Notes: generated from the letters alone by a model not told the origin. Numbered from the stretch's first letter, positions 10,052-21,480 are shown. The stretch is DNA of 64,000 nucleotides from an uncultured delta proteobacterium (GCA_963778655.1 CAVZVA010000010.1:128001-192000), one strand, 5' to 3'. Program-made: numbers and translations.

Positions 10052-10879
10052 ATGAGATCTCATCTACCAGAACGACACCCCATCGAGCCGCCAGGCACAG
10101 TTGGCGGGAGATCGGCCGAAGGCCTTCAAAGTGAGCTCGGCCCCCCCGTTGGCGCTACACTGGCCAACTTCCGACTCACAGCTTTGGACGCTCCGCGACA
10201 ACGCCGCGACAACGCATCGATCGAGACGCATGATCCGGAAGAACTGCGAACGCGCCTGGATCTTCTGGATGCAACGCCCGCGGCCGGAACGATCGAGCTC
10301 CCTACGTTCAAGCGTATCGATTCTCGAGAGAAGGCTTTGAACGTGGTCAGACGCGAGGCGGATCAGGACGGTTCCCCGGCAACGATCGATGCGGGAGTCT
10401 GGTTCGTCTGCTTCGTACCAGGCGTCCGGAGGCAGTGGTGGCATCCGCTCGTGCACAGAAGTCACAAGCACGTATTCGCGATGCGACCCGAGCGCGACGG
10501 CAAATGGACTCTGTTCGAGCCCTGGTGGTGTCGCCTGCTCGCCGCTTCGCTCGATCCTGGCCAGGCCCGCAAGTTCCTCACGTGGGCAGCCGCGGGTGAC
10601 GTGGTGGCCGTGCGCGAACACATCCCCGGCAGGGGCAGCCAGCTGCGCGGCTGGATGACCTGCGCCGGGTTGGTGTCCTACTTGCTCGGGCGGCCGTACT
10701 GGGTCTGGACGCCGCACCGCTTCTACAGACTGTTGCTGCGTGAGCTGAACGTCTGGCGCGTGGACGTATTCGCCCTGCTGGCGCTCGGCGCGGCCGAGTT
10801 GTCGACCGCAGCGCAGATGATCGCCGAACGCCAAAATGTCGCGCCAAGAAGGCTACTTTGCAGAAGTAGTGATCGGTGA
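10052..10879 (+). CDS. Hypothetical protein, possible permuted papain-like domain
   Basis: HKHVFA ... MTCAGLVSYLLG...WTPHRFYRLL (His before Cys); start uncertain. Confidence 0.55.
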   Translation: MRSHLPERHPIEPPGTVGGRSAEGLQSELGPPVGATLANFRLTALDAPRQRRDNASIETHDPEELRTRLDLLDATPAAGTIELPTFKRIDSREKALNVVRREADQDGSPATIDAGVWFVCFVPGVRRQWWHPLVHRSHKHVFAMRPERDGKWTLFEPWWCRLLAASLDPGQARKFLTWAAAGDVVAVREHIPGRGSQLRGWMTCAGLVSYLLGRPYWVWTPHRFYRLLLRELNVWRVDVFALLALGAAELSTAAQMIAERQNVAPRRLLCRSSDR

Positions 10880-10948
10880 ACAAGGGCACGCTCGAAGCGA
10901 TTCGGCAGCAGCACGCTCGAACGCGCTTGCGATCGTAGAGTCGAGTCG

Positions 10949-11932
10949 ATGTTCCACGCCATGCTCGCCGCAGTCGTGTTTGTCCTGCTCGCGCTCAACG
11001 CGATAGCGTACTGGCACGCGCGCGCGCTGCTGCGCTTCGAGGCCGCGGGCACCAAGACCAAGGACCCCGAGCAACTCAGCACGCTGGAGAAGCTCGGCGT
11101 CCTGGTCATGGGCGCGCACGTGCCCAAGCCGACCGACGCCCGGACGCCGAGCGCACACGGCCTGGCTTACGAGTCACACATGATCACAGTCGGTGCGCGC
11201 GTGAAGCTGGGCGCGTGGTGGATCCCGAGCGCTGCTCAGGCGGAGCCGGGCGCCGGCGCGGGCGCGCCACCGCGCACGGTGATCTTCTTTCACGGCTTCA
11301 TCGATTCGAAGGCGCAGCTGCTCGACGAAGCGCTGGCGTTTCACACGCGCGGCTTTGCCGCGTTGATGGTCGACTTTCGCGGCAGCGGCGACTCCAGCGA
11401 GCGCTACACCACCGTCGGTCACGACGAAGCCGACGACGTGCTCGCCGCAGTGCGGTACACGAGCAAGCGGCTGGGTGTACCCGCACCCGTGCTGTACGGC
11501 TGCTCGATGGGCGCGGCGGCGGTGCTGCGCGCATTCACGCTGGGACTGCGCAGCGACGAAGTCTCGGGCGTGGTGCTCGAGGGCGTGTTCGACCGTATGC
11601 TCGGCACGGTCAAGGCACGCTTTCACATCATGCACCTGCCCGCGAGCCCCTTCGCCGAGCTCTTGGTGTTGTGGGGCGGCGTGCAGAGCGGCTTCTGGGG
11701 CTTCGGTCACAACCCGGTCGACTACGCGCCATCGTGCCACGTGCGCGCGTTGATGCTGCACGGCGGCGCCGATCAAAGCGCGACGCTGCCGCAAGCCGAG
11801 CACGTTTACGAGGCGCTGGCGGGAGACAAGACGCTTTGCGTGTTTCCAGGCGCGCAGCACGAGCCGCTGTTGGCGTACGATGCGAAGCGCTGGAACGATG
11901 CGATCGACAAGTGGTTGGCGGCGATGCGCTGA
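10949..11932 (+). CDS. Alpha/beta hydrolase with N-terminal membrane anchor
   Basis: FFHG, DFRGSGDS, GCSMG nucleophile elbow, HGGAD, AQH. Confidence 0.92.
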   Translation: MFHAMLAAVVFVLLALNAIAYWHARALLRFEAAGTKTKDPEQLSTLEKLGVLVMGAHVPKPTDARTPSAHGLAYESHMITVGARVKLGAWWIPSAAQAEPGAGAGAPPRTVIFFHGFIDSKAQLLDEALAFHTRGFAALMVDFRGSGDSSERYTTVGHDEADDVLAAVRYTSKRLGVPAPVLYGCSMGAAAVLRAFTLGLRSDEVSGVVLEGVFDRMLGTVKARFHIMHLPASPFAELLVLWGGVQSGFWGFGHNPVDYAPSCHVRALMLHGGADQSATLPQAEHVYEALAGDKTLCVFPGAQHEPLLAYDAKRWNDAIDKWLAAMR

Positions 11933-12297
11933 GCAGCCCGCGGAACCCGCGCACGCACACTGCGCGAACGCCGCCGCTAGGCGAAACAACGCGCGCACGC
12001 TCCGCAGTCGCTTGTGGGAAACAGGGGGCGCCTCGGGGAGCCCGCTGGACGGTCCTCGTCGTCAGCGCCGCCGCCATGCTCAACGACCTCTGCCGCGCTG
12101 AGCCGCACGGCTAGGCGCGCGGGCTCGCCGCGGCGTCGAACGAGCCCCCTGCTATCGATGACCATCAGCATCTCGCACACCGGCCGGCCATCGGGTCCAC
12201 GCGCGTACGCGCGCCCTTACGTCGGCAAACAAATGCCGTGGAGCTCCACTGTGTTCATGCCGAGTCCATCGATGCCGCCGCGAAGCCGTGAGCGTGG

Positions 12298-12732
12298 CTA
12301 GCGCTCGCCATGAGCTTGCAAGCGCGGGTCGTCGTGCCTGTCGACGTATTCAAGACCGAGCGGGCCAATCGCCGTCACCTGCGTCACGTACTCGCCCGAC
12401 TTCGCCCAGTGAAAGTGGGATGTGCCACCGGGAAGCACGACAACACTGCCAGGCGGAAAAGCCTGCACCCTTCCGCCATCGAACTTGTCGCCCAACCCAA
12501 TGTAGAAGACGCCCGAAATTACGGTATAGACCCGGTCCTCTGGATGCTTGTGCGGCATCAGCTTGACCCCGTCCGGCACTTTGACCCTGATCACATAAGG
12601 ACCGACCTGAAAGGGCCTCCCGACCACCACCGCGAGGCGGACAGAAGGAGGAAAAGCCGCAAAGGACCTCCAATCAATGCTCTCAGGCAGAACCCACCTG
12701 AATTCAGCTTCACCTGGCTGATGGCTCGGCAT
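12298..12732 (-). CDS. Cupin domain protein
   Basis: PHKHPEDRVYTVISG and PGGTSHFHW cupin motifs. Confidence 0.85.
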   Translation of the reverse strand: MPSHQPGEAEFRWVLPESIDWRSFAAFPPSVRLAVVVGRPFQVGPYVIRVKVPDGVKLMPHKHPEDRVYTVISGVFYIGLGDKFDGGRVQAFPPGSVVVLPGGTSHFHWAKSGEYVTQVTAIGPLGLEYVDRHDDPRLQAHGER

Positions 12733-12769
12733 CTCGTGTGTCCCTTCATGCAAGTAATGCCGTTCTGTA

Positions 12770-13290
12770 GGTGCTGGCCGATCAACTCGGTCAAGTCACC
12801 CTCGCGCGCGCGCGGCGGTAGCAGCTCGGGGGTAAACACGCCGAGACGGTAGAACAGGTCGGCGCGAAAGCGCCCGTCTGCAGCGCCTCGACGTAGATCC
12901 CGATTGGTGGAGGCGATGATTCGCACGTCGGCCTCGAGCATCGAAGTCCCGTGACGTCTTGAGCCGCGACACGGCCCATTGCTTTGTATACCAGCATCGC
13001 CGAATTCTCCTCTCTTTGGCGAATCGTCCTTCTTGAGCAGAGCTTCGTTCATCCTTGCACGTCGCCTGCTCCAGAGAACTTCATGCGCTCAGAACGCGTG
13101 CGAATCCATTGGACGATCGTATCGATGTCGAGGATGAGACAGTCCGCCGCCATCCCGACAGGTGAGGAGAGGAAGTCAAGGGCGGAGGAAAGCGCGCACG
13201 CCTCGAGCTGACAAGCAGCAACGGCGGCAGGGATTCGCGCACGGAGCTCGCCGTCGTCGACGACGGCAACCAGGGGCAGGGGGGGGCAGG
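12770..13290 (-). pseudogene. Fragments of a sigma-54 activator and a receiver domain
   Basis: DVRIIASTNRDL...GRFRADLFYRL; VAVVDD...DCLILDI; frameshifted and mostly deleted. Confidence 0.7.
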
Positions 13291-13504
13291 GGCGCATGGC
13301 GCTTGGAAGTCTCGTCGCTCATCTCGGTGCGACGCGGCTTCGGTCTGGACCGCTCCCAGACTGCCTCATTCCGCCGCAACGCAACGTGATACTTGGTAGC
13401 AGCGCGCGTTCTTGCGTGCTGGCAAGGCGACCGACGACGACCTAACAATCCAAGCCTCGCGCCGCCCTGCATGGGCGTCAGTCGTTCGACTCGACGCTGC
13501 GGCG

Positions 13505-15256
13505 TCACAAATCGATCACGAGCTCTCGAGTCGGTCGAGCGCAGCAAACCAAGAGATTGCCCTGCGCAGGGGCGTCGAGCGGCGCGGGCTCGTACGCCAC
13601 CGTGCCGGAAATCAATCCGGCCTCGCAGGTGTGACACACCCCGGCGCGGCAAGACCAGCGAGCGCGGACGCCACACGCTTCGGCCAGCTCCAGGATGCTT
13701 CCATAGGCCGACGCCTTCCAGTGTGCGGCCACGCCACTGCGGGCGAAGGACACAAGTGGACCGGTGTCGGCGTCCCCCGCAGGCGGATGCGGTGCTCGCG
13801 TTGCCGTACCGACCACACCCGGGGTCATCGACTCGCCACCATCGAAGACTTCGGCATGGATGCGCGCGGGCTCCACGCCAATCACCGCAAGGGACCCTTT
13901 CGTCTCTTCCATAAAGCGAGTCGGCCCGCACAAGTAGACCTCCGAGTCACGCGAGAGAGCGACCTCTTCGAAAACCGATCGCGACAGGTGACCGACGGCG
14001 TCGAAACCTTCACCTCTGACGTCGCCCGCGCCCGGCCTGCTGTAGCAAATGAAGCTGCGGCCCTGCGGGAGCGCGCGCATGAGGCGGCGGACCTCGGCAG
14101 CAAAGGGATGATGCTGTCCATCGCGAGCACCATGAAGCCACAAGACCTGCCGCGGCGAGCGGACGTCCGCGAGCGCGTGCAACATTGCCAGAACAGGCGT
14201 CGCGCCGATCCCTGCGCTGAGCAGCACCACCGGCCGCTCTCCGGATTGAAGGATGAAGCTGCCGCGCGGCGAGCTGACGTCGATCTCGTCACCCACCCGA
14301 ACGTGGTCGCGCACGTAGGCGCCAGCCGCCCCGTTCTGCTCGATCTTCACGCTGATCCGGTAGCGTTCCGTCGAGCTGGGCCCGGAGAGCGAGTAGCTGC
14401 GAAAGAGCTGCGGGCGGCCCGGGGCTCCTCGAAAGCGCAAGACCACGTACTGTCCCGGCAGGGCGGCCAGCAGTGATCGATGGTCTGCGCTTCGGATCGT
14501 CAGCGAGACGACGTCTGCGGATTCGCGATCGACCGCTGTGACCGCGACGGGCCGGAACCCTGGCGCAGCCGGATGCGCAGCAGCTGCCGGCACGAGTCCG
14601 GCATTGCCGCTCGCTTCACTCTGCAACAATGCCTCGAACGAGGCACGCCACCCAGGCGGCAGCGCTTCGATGCGCAGTGCACGCTCCAGCCGATCACGCT
14701 CGTGGTCGGGCGAATACAACAGCGCGTTGATCTCAGAGACAGTCATCCGCACCTTCGCCTCGCCCACCTTCACGATCTCGTCTCCTGCGCCCACGTCGCC
14801 CTCTCCAAGGACACGCAGGTAGAACCCCGGCCGCCCGCTGGAGGTCAACAGCGCTGGCATGCGCGGTTCGTTCAGGCGAAATCCGACGCGGTAGCATGTG
14901 ACGCGAGGCTGGGTGACCTCGAACAGGGCGCTGCCGATCTGGTAGCGATCCCCGATGCATGCGGCGTCGTCAGGTAGTCCTTCGATCGTGAAGTTCTCGC
15001 CGAACTGACCATAGGCGAAGTCATGTCTGCCGAGGTGTTTTTCCCAGTATCGATAGGATTCGATCTGATAGACGAGCACCGCGCGATGCTCACCGCCGTG
15101 CCCGGTGAGGTCGCCTTGGCCGTCTGCCTCGAGATTCGTTCTGCCGACGCGACACCGGTCATGCACCGGAGCCTTCCATACGCCGGTGTGGACGGTTCGC
15201 CCGTTCCAGGCAACGTCGCGTGGAAGGCCCACGTTCACAGAAAGCAGTCGCGCCAT
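13505..15256 (-). CDS. MOSC + FAD/NAD-binding + 2Fe-2S ferredoxin oxidoreductase
   Basis: FGENFT, QPRVTC, RSYSLS, AGIGATP, CGP and CRAGVCHTC motifs. Confidence 0.93.
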   Translation of the reverse strand: MARLLSVNVGLPRDVAWNGRTVHTGVWKAPVHDRCRVGRTNLEADGQGDLTGHGGEHRAVLVYQIESYRYWEKHLGRHDFAYGQFGENFTIEGLPDDAACIGDRYQIGSALFEVTQPRVTCYRVGFRLNEPRMPALLTSSGRPGFYLRVLGEGDVGAGDEIVKVGEAKVRMTVSEINALLYSPDHERDRLERALRIEALPPGWRASFEALLQSEASGNAGLVPAAAAHPAAPGFRPVAVTAVDRESADVVSLTIRSADHRSLLAALPGQYVVLRFRGAPGRPQLFRSYSLSGPSSTERYRISVKIEQNGAAGAYVRDHVRVGDEIDVSSPRGSFILQSGERPVVLLSAGIGATPVLAMLHALADVRSPRQVLWLHGARDGQHHPFAAEVRRLMRALPQGRSFICYSRPGAGDVRGEGFDAVGHLSRSVFEEVALSRDSEVYLCGPTRFMEETKGSLAVIGVEPARIHAEVFDGGESMTPGVVGTATRAPHPPAGDADTGPLVSFARSGVAAHWKASAYGSILELAEACGVRARWSCRAGVCHTCEAGLISGTVAYEPAPLDAPAQGNLLVCCARPTRELVIDL

Positions 15257-16112
15257 ATTCGCTTCTCCAGCACCGGCGAAGCAGACGCATGCGCCCGCCC
15301 GGGGGTTCGCAATACCGCAGCCTCCGGTCGCTCGTCCTGCATGAGGAACCCGCCGATCGCCTTTGGTGTGAACGGGTTTCCCCGCCGACACGTTTCCATC
15401 TCGACCTAATGCGCAATTAGAACCGACCAGCGATGATGGCAATGATACGAAGGTCCTCCCAGTTCAAGCCAAGGATTGGTACGGCCGGTGCCGGGCGCTC
15501 GATCGTCCACGATCACGTCTGCGTCACGAGCGAAGCGTGGCTAGCGCCTCATACGAACGGCCCTGTATGCGGTACAGCCGAACCAAGCAGCATGTGGTCG
15601 CGCGCGTCTTGGCCGACGGAGCGGTGGATTGCTTGGTCAAGCCGTTCAATGAAGATTCCCTGCTGAAGGCGATCGGTCAGGCGTTATCTGGCTAGACCGA
15701 ACGCCGCCCGCCCACGTCCCGAGGCTCTGCAATGAACGAGCTAGCAAGTTCGCCTCAACGGACATCAGCGACGAGCGCATCAACACCGCTCAGGACTGGC
15801 TTCGATTGCACGTAACGCGGATCAGCTGGCTCTGCTCTCGACTGTGCGGAAAAGAGGGGGATTGGCCGGGGACGGTACCTTGGTCAGGCGATACCAAAGT
15901 CCACTATGCAGGCGAGAACAGTGGATCCATCTATTTGGAGCATCCAACGTGTGTCGCAACACGAGGGGCTCTCATGGGCTTTGCAACGAAGATCGCGCAG
16001 GTACGGTCGAATCGGGCTTCGCGCAGCTGCTGGCGAATCACACTCGACAACCCTTGGTCAGCAGCGCCGCCGGCCGCAGAGCCGACGTCGAACGTCACTT
16101 GGAGCACACACA

Positions 16113-17339
16113 ATGACCAGTGAACACATGCCACTAGAAATCGTGCATACGAGCAATTTGCTTCCGACACGCGCTGTCGATGCAGTCCTTGGCCCGTCCG
16201 GCCTCCAGGTACTGCCTACGTGGCAGACCGTGGTCGTCGGCGGCGCTACGCGAGAGCCACCAGTCGCCGGCGCGCCTTCCGACTCACTATTGGGCGCATT
16301 CGATCTGATCGCGCGCAGAGGTGAAGGCCCAGCCAGCTGGGCGGCACCATTGGGCGGGGATCCGATCGCCTTTCTGTTGGACAGTATGAGCGATGCGGCG
16401 AACCTGTGGCGGGCGGACGGCACGCTCTGCTACCGCAACCGGGCTTCGCTCGCGCTCGGGACAATCGCTAGCGCACCAGCCGACCTCGGCGAAACCGCAA
16501 GCGCCATCGAGGCGTTCTACGTGCAGGGTCAAGGTTTCGAACGCCGTTGCATGCGCTGCCGAATGTGCGCGACGCCCTATGTCCTCGAGGTGATTCGTGA
16601 GCTCGCGCGGCCCGAAGCGAATGACGAAGCGACAACGGGAGGCGCCTGGCCGAACATCTCCGCCGACGCAGGGTCGGTCGCGGTGAGCCACGAGTTGCGC
16701 GGCCGGCGAAACGTTCTCACCTTGAACAGCGACGGATTGCTGTGCGCTGCGCGCTCGAGCGGAACCGAGTTGTCGCGCGCATCGCTACTCAGGCGTTTGG
16801 AGCGGCTCGATCGCGCGTTGCGCTCGATGCGCGAGCTCATGGGAAGGGTGCTCGAGCTCCAGCGGAGGCAGCTGGCCGCCGTGTCTCGCCCGCAGGTCGA
16901 CCTGTGTGCGGTCGTCCTGGAGGTGCTGGATTCCGAACACAAAGCGCTACGCTCCGCGGGCTGCGCGTGGACACTCGTCACGCCAAAAGCGGTCACGGGC
17001 CATTGGGACGCGCGGCTGCTGCGCGTCGCGATCGGCAACCTTGTGAACAATGCGCTCAAGTTCGGTGCAGGCCGGCCAATCGCGATCAACGTCGGAGAGC
17101 GCGACGCCGCGGCGTTCGTACGTGTCGCCGACCAGGGCAGCGGCGTGCGACCGGAAGATTACCAGTCCATTTTCGAGCGTACGAGCGGACGGGCGCGCGT
17201 GAATGGGTGGGGCCCGGGGCTGTGGCTGGTGCGCAACATCGCTCGGGCCCACGGCGGCGACGTGACTGTACGCAGCGCGCCGGGCGAAGGCGCAGCGTTC
17301 ACCTTGAGCTTGCCGCGCCAGCTCACCGGCACACGGTAG
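16113..17339 (+). CDS. Sensor histidine kinase-like protein (possibly degenerate)
   Basis: SHELRG H-box, NLVNNALKF, DQGSG, GPGLW, GEGAAF. Confidence 0.75.
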   Translation: MTSEHMPLEIVHTSNLLPTRAVDAVLGPSGLQVLPTWQTVVVGGATREPPVAGAPSDSLLGAFDLIARRGEGPASWAAPLGGDPIAFLLDSMSDAANLWRADGTLCYRNRASLALGTIASAPADLGETASAIEAFYVQGQGFERRCMRCRMCATPYVLEVIRELARPEANDEATTGGAWPNISADAGSVAVSHELRGRRNVLTLNSDGLLCAARSSGTELSRASLLRRLERLDRALRSMRELMGRVLELQRRQLAAVSRPQVDLCAVVLEVLDSEHKALRSAGCAWTLVTPKAVTGHWDARLLRVAIGNLVNNALKFGAGRPIAINVGERDAAAFVRVADQGSGVRPEDYQSIFERTSGRARVNGWGPGLWLVRNIARAHGGDVTVRSAPGEGAAFTLSLPRQLTGTR

Positions 17340-17599
17340 TCCGCGAAAACACACTGGCGAACTGGTCCCGTTTCAACCGACTCTACATGGGACCAGCTCA
17401 CACCTTCATAGATTGTGGCCTACGCTTAGCTAGTACCATGCCCACGGCTTCGCAAGGGCGTCCATGATCCTTTGGTATCGGTCCAAACCCGAGCGTTGCG
17501 AGCTGCACCGCGGGCGCGGAGCGCATGCGCGACGCCCCTCAGCGCCGATGCGCCGTTACGCGTGGTCAACGAGGCACTGGCGCGTTGCCAGCGCCCACG

Positions 17600-17925
17600 G
17601 TTGGCACGCCGCCGTCGGCGGCAGTGCCCTTACAGGCGACATCGACGACCTGGCGCTGCGCGTCGGTGAGCCATGCGATGGGATTGAGTTCCGCGGCTGC
17701 CAACAGCTCCGACACCCGCGTCTCGGAATACTTGCAGGAGACTTCCGTGCGGATGGCCGCCCACGGCCCCAGCTCGAGTCTGTAACCGGCCAGAGTCACG
17801 GTCTGCTGCTAACCAAATCCCCGATGGCGTCGCCGGGATCTGCGAGGATCGACCGTCGATCTGCGCCAGGTAATATTTGGGCAAGCGCGTGATCTCATTG
17901 AACAGCTCACTGCCACCATCGTCGC
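17600..17925 (-). pseudogene. egtD: L-histidine N-alpha-methyltransferase remnant
   Basis: N-terminal DDGGSELFNEITRLPKYYL and C-terminal IRTEVSCKY...WLTD motifs with most of the middle missing. Confidence 0.7.
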
Positions 17926-17944
17926 ACGCTGGCCGAGTTGCAAA

Positions 17945-18200
17945 GAGACGAGTCGCCGGAGTACACCGATCCCGAGCACAACCCCATGATTCCTCACACG
18001 CTCGTGCTGGAGCGCGGCTTGCGCGTCTACAAGATCCACAACGGTCACTGGTTCTTGGGGCGGCCGACGGTGGAGAAGCTGCGGCTCTACGCGCCGTGTT
18101 ACTGCGTTGCTGTCCCGACTGGGACATCAACAGCGCGGGGCAGCGAAGTGCTTGGGCGAATGGCGACGAGACGAGGTTCTTCCCGTACGGAATACCGTAG
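17945..18200 (+). pseudogene. Redoxin-domain protein C-terminal fragment
   Basis: EYTDPEHNPMIPHTLVLE...NGHWFLGRP, frameshift, then PDWDI...FFPYG. Confidence 0.6.
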
Positions 18201-18239
18201 GCGCAACTGTTGGCCGAAGAGGACTGACGCGGAGTTGTC

Positions 18240-19613
18240 GTGAAACAGTACGACGCGATTATCATCGGTGCTGGACAGGCAGGCCCGCCGCTCGCCGGCC
18301 GCTTGACTCGCGCGGGCATGAAGGTCGCGCTGATCGAACGCAAACAGCTCGGCGGGACCTGCCTGAACACGGGATGCACGCCCACCAAGACGCTGGTCGC
18401 GAGCGCGTATGCCGCGCACCTCGCGCGCCGCGCTGCGGACTACGGCATCATGGCCGGCGACATCCGCATCGACATGCCGCGCGTCAAGGCGCGGGCCGAC
18501 AGCGTCGTAACGAATTCGCGCGAGGGCCTCGAAGGCTGGTTGCGCAGCATGCAGCATTGCACGCTGATCAATGGCCACGCTCGCCTCGAAGGTCCGACAC
18601 GCGTCCGCGTCGGTGACGTGCAGCTGACTGCGTCGCGCATTTTTATCAACGTCGGCGCGCGCGCGCTGGTTCCGGAGCTGCCCGGCGTCGATCTCGTGCC
18701 GTACCTCCTGAACACTTCGATCCTCGCGCTCGATCGCGTGCCGGAGCACCTGGCTGTGATCGGCGGCAGCTACATTGGGCTGGAGTTCGCGCAGATCTTT
18801 CGTCGCTTCGGCGCGCAGGTCACGGTGATCGAGAAGGCGCCGCGGCTGATCGCGCGCGAAGACGAAGACGTCTCAGAGGCGATTCGCGACATCTTCCTGC
18901 GTGAAGGCATCGGCGTACGCACCTCGGCCGAGTGCATCCGCTTGGCTGCGCACGAACGTGGCGTGGCGGTCGGGCTCGAGTGCCAGGAGGGGCCGCCAGA
19001 GACGATCGCGACAGACGTACTCCTTGCCGTGGGTCGCGTGCCCAACACCGCTGATCTAGGACTGGAGCTCGCTGGCGTCGAGACAGACGCGCGCGGCTAC
19101 ATCGTGGTCGATGACTCGCTCGCGACGAACGTGCCTGGAATCTGGGCGCTGGGTGATTGTAACGGCCGCGGCGCGTTCACGCACACGTCTTGGAACGACT
19201 ATGAGATAGTCGCAGCGAATCTGCTCGATGGCGCGCACCGACGAGTGAGCGACCGCATCGTCGCTTATGCGCTATACATCGATCCGCCACTCGGACGCGT
19301 CGGGAAGACCGAAGCGCAAGTGCGCGAGAGTGGCGTCCCATACTCCGTCGCCGTGCGACCGATGACGCACGTCGGCCGTGCGATCGAGAAAGGCGAGACG
19401 CTCGGCTTGATGAAAGTCATCGTCGACCCCGAAACGCAGGCCATCCTGGGTGCCGCGATCCTCGGGACCGGTGGCGACGAAGCGATCCACGGTGTCATCG
19501 ACATGATGAACGCGCACGCGAAGTACCCCGTGCTGCAGTGGGCGGTGCCGATCCACCCGACGGTGTCGGAGCTAGTCCCGACGCTGCTCACAGAGTTGCG
19601 TCCGACTCGCTGA
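18240..19613 (+). CDS. Class I pyridine nucleotide-disulfide oxidoreductase (MerA/Lpd-like)
   Basis: GAGQAG, GGTCLNTGCTP redox CxxxxC, GGSYIGLE, HPTVSE; no MerA C-terminal Cys-Cys. Confidence 0.93.
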   Translation: MKQYDAIIIGAGQAGPPLAGRLTRAGMKVALIERKQLGGTCLNTGCTPTKTLVASAYAAHLARRAADYGIMAGDIRIDMPRVKARADSVVTNSREGLEGWLRSMQHCTLINGHARLEGPTRVRVGDVQLTASRIFINVGARALVPELPGVDLVPYLLNTSILALDRVPEHLAVIGGSYIGLEFAQIFRRFGAQVTVIEKAPRLIAREDEDVSEAIRDIFLREGIGVRTSAECIRLAAHERGVAVGLECQEGPPETIATDVLLAVGRVPNTADLGLELAGVETDARGYIVVDDSLATNVPGIWALGDCNGRGAFTHTSWNDYEIVAANLLDGAHRRVSDRIVAYALYIDPPLGRVGKTEAQVRESGVPYSVAVRPMTHVGRAIEKGETLGLMKVIVDPETQAILGAAILGTGGDEAIHGVIDMMNAHAKYPVLQWAVPIHPTVSELVPTLLTELRPTR

Positions 19614-19927
19614 CTGAACCGAGCGCAGCGCGCTCGAAGATGCTCTGGAAATGCTGAGGCCTCACGCCTTCGGGTGCGCTTGCGTCCAGTCGCCCTCGAG
19701 CTGCAGCTCGGGCTGGTGGGGGCCACGGCGCGCGTTCCCATGCCGGCCGCTCGGTGTCGCGGTTGCGGTCCAACGGGTCGGAAAACCTACTGGCAGAAAC
19801 TGGCAGATGATCGCAACGACGACAATACGATCGTCCAATGGCATCGGGCTTTCGCAGGACGCAAGCTCTGTGCGAAGACGGGCCGCTTCTACGCGCCCGC
19901 AGATTCAGACACAAAAGGAGCGTTGTC

Positions 19928-20653
19928 ATGGCAAAGATACTTTTCATCGTGAGCGGAGCTACGTACTGGGTGCTCAAGGACGGCACGCGGTACGCCACGG
20001 GTTACTGGGCCGAAGAGTTCGCGAAACCCTACAGGATCATCACCGACGCCGGTCACGAGGTCGTGGTCGCGACGCCCAACGGCGTGGTGCCGAACGTCGA
20101 CATGATGAGCTTGCGGCCAGAAATGGCTGGCGGCATCCAGGGGGCCCTCGAGCTGGAGGCAATCATCCGATCTGCCGAGGTGTTGCGTAGACCGTTGAAG
20201 CTGTCGGACGTTCGCCTCGAGGACTATGACGCAGTCTACCTGCCAGGCGGCCATGGGCCGATGGCGGACCTGGCTTTCGACGCCGACGTTGGACGGTTGC
20301 TGACCGCACAGCTCGCCTCGGGCAATCCACTCTTCATCGTATGCCACGGTCCGGCCGCGATGCTTGCCACCAGAATCCACGGCGTGTCGCCCTTCAAAGG
20401 CTATCGCGTCACGGGCTTTACCAACGAGGAGGAGGAGGCGGTCGGGGTCGCTTCCATGTCCACGTGGCTCTTGGAGACGGACCTCAAGAAAAAGGTCGGC
20501 GTCGAGTTCAGCCGCGGCCAGATCTGGGCACCTTACATGGTCGAGGATCGGAACCTGGTCACAGGGCAGAATCCTGCGTCCGCCGCCGTCCTGGCGAAGC
20601 GGCTGCTCGATGTCCTCGAGTCCAGAGAGCCTCGAGTGAAGAACGTCGCGTGA
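19928..20653 (+). CDS. DJ-1/PfpI (type 1 glutamine amidotransferase-like) protein
   Basis: GYWAEE, PGGHGPM, VCHGP, VTGQNPAS; AAGGAG RBS. Confidence 0.92.
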   Translation: MAKILFIVSGATYWVLKDGTRYATGYWAEEFAKPYRIITDAGHEVVVATPNGVVPNVDMMSLRPEMAGGIQGALELEAIIRSAEVLRRPLKLSDVRLEDYDAVYLPGGHGPMADLAFDADVGRLLTAQLASGNPLFIVCHGPAAMLATRIHGVSPFKGYRVTGFTNEEEEAVGVASMSTWLLETDLKKKVGVEFSRGQIWAPYMVEDRNLVTGQNPASAAVLAKRLLDVLESREPRVKNVA

Positions 20654-20943
20654 AGACCGGCGGGGCGCGTGCACGGCCGTGAGCCCGCTCGATGACGAGC
20701 GAGCCCGTTCGCGCACGCGTCCCCGTCGCGTCAGCGTAAACCTCGACGATAGCCAGGCCGACAGGAGCATGCCCGTCAGGTACCAATCTTGGCGTTGGGG
20801 CCGCGGGTGCACGGCACCCGCGCTCGCCGCGTTTGCCGTCACGGGCTTGTGTCGAACCCCCGTGTCCATCGTGGGAGACGCCTCGTGATCTTGCCCTTCG
20901 ACCGCGTCGCCACTTACACCCGCAGTCTCGTCCGGGGCGTTGA

Positions 20944-21480
20944 CCGGAAGAAGTTGAGCATGCCACCAAGACGCTTGCGGCGCAGAACGCGTCCGGTCGC
21001 CGCCAGCTCGTGCTCCGGCGGCTCGATCAGGCGGTTGTCGAGCCCTTGATGATTTCGTTCTGCGTGAGAGTGCGCGACGTATTCATAGACGAGCTCCCGA
21101 AGATGCCGCGCGCCGCGCGCCGGCAGCCGCACGCTCTTGACACCGGAGCCGACAAGCAGCGCGGAACCCGACAGTGAACACCGGGGTGCGGTCCGTGATC
21201 AGGTAGCGGTGACCCGTCAGACAGCCGTCGAAGGCGTCGGTCAAGTTGCGCGCGATCTGTCGCATCCATCCATCGTAGGTTCGCGAACGATGCCCGCGAT
21301 CTCCACCCTTCGGCGGGCCAGATCCATGACGACAAGCACGTGGTATCGGACCAAGCCGACCAGCGTGAGCACCTCGACCGTGAAGAAGTCCATGGCCGCG
21401 ATCGCATTCCAGTGAGCGCGCAGGAACGTGCTCCGACGCGTCTGCTTGCCGCGTTCGGGTGCGGGCTCGGTCCCATGTGC
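20944..21480 (-). pseudogene. Integrase-core transposase fragment, copy C
   Basis: [15 protein letters not shown]... through ...ERNHQGLDN...RKRLGGMLNFF, with frameshifts and an internal deletion. Confidence 0.8.

Noticed and set aside
18240..19613. merA mercury-resistance locus
   Set aside because: No C-terminal Cys-Cys pair, no NmerA domain and no merR/T/P neighbours.
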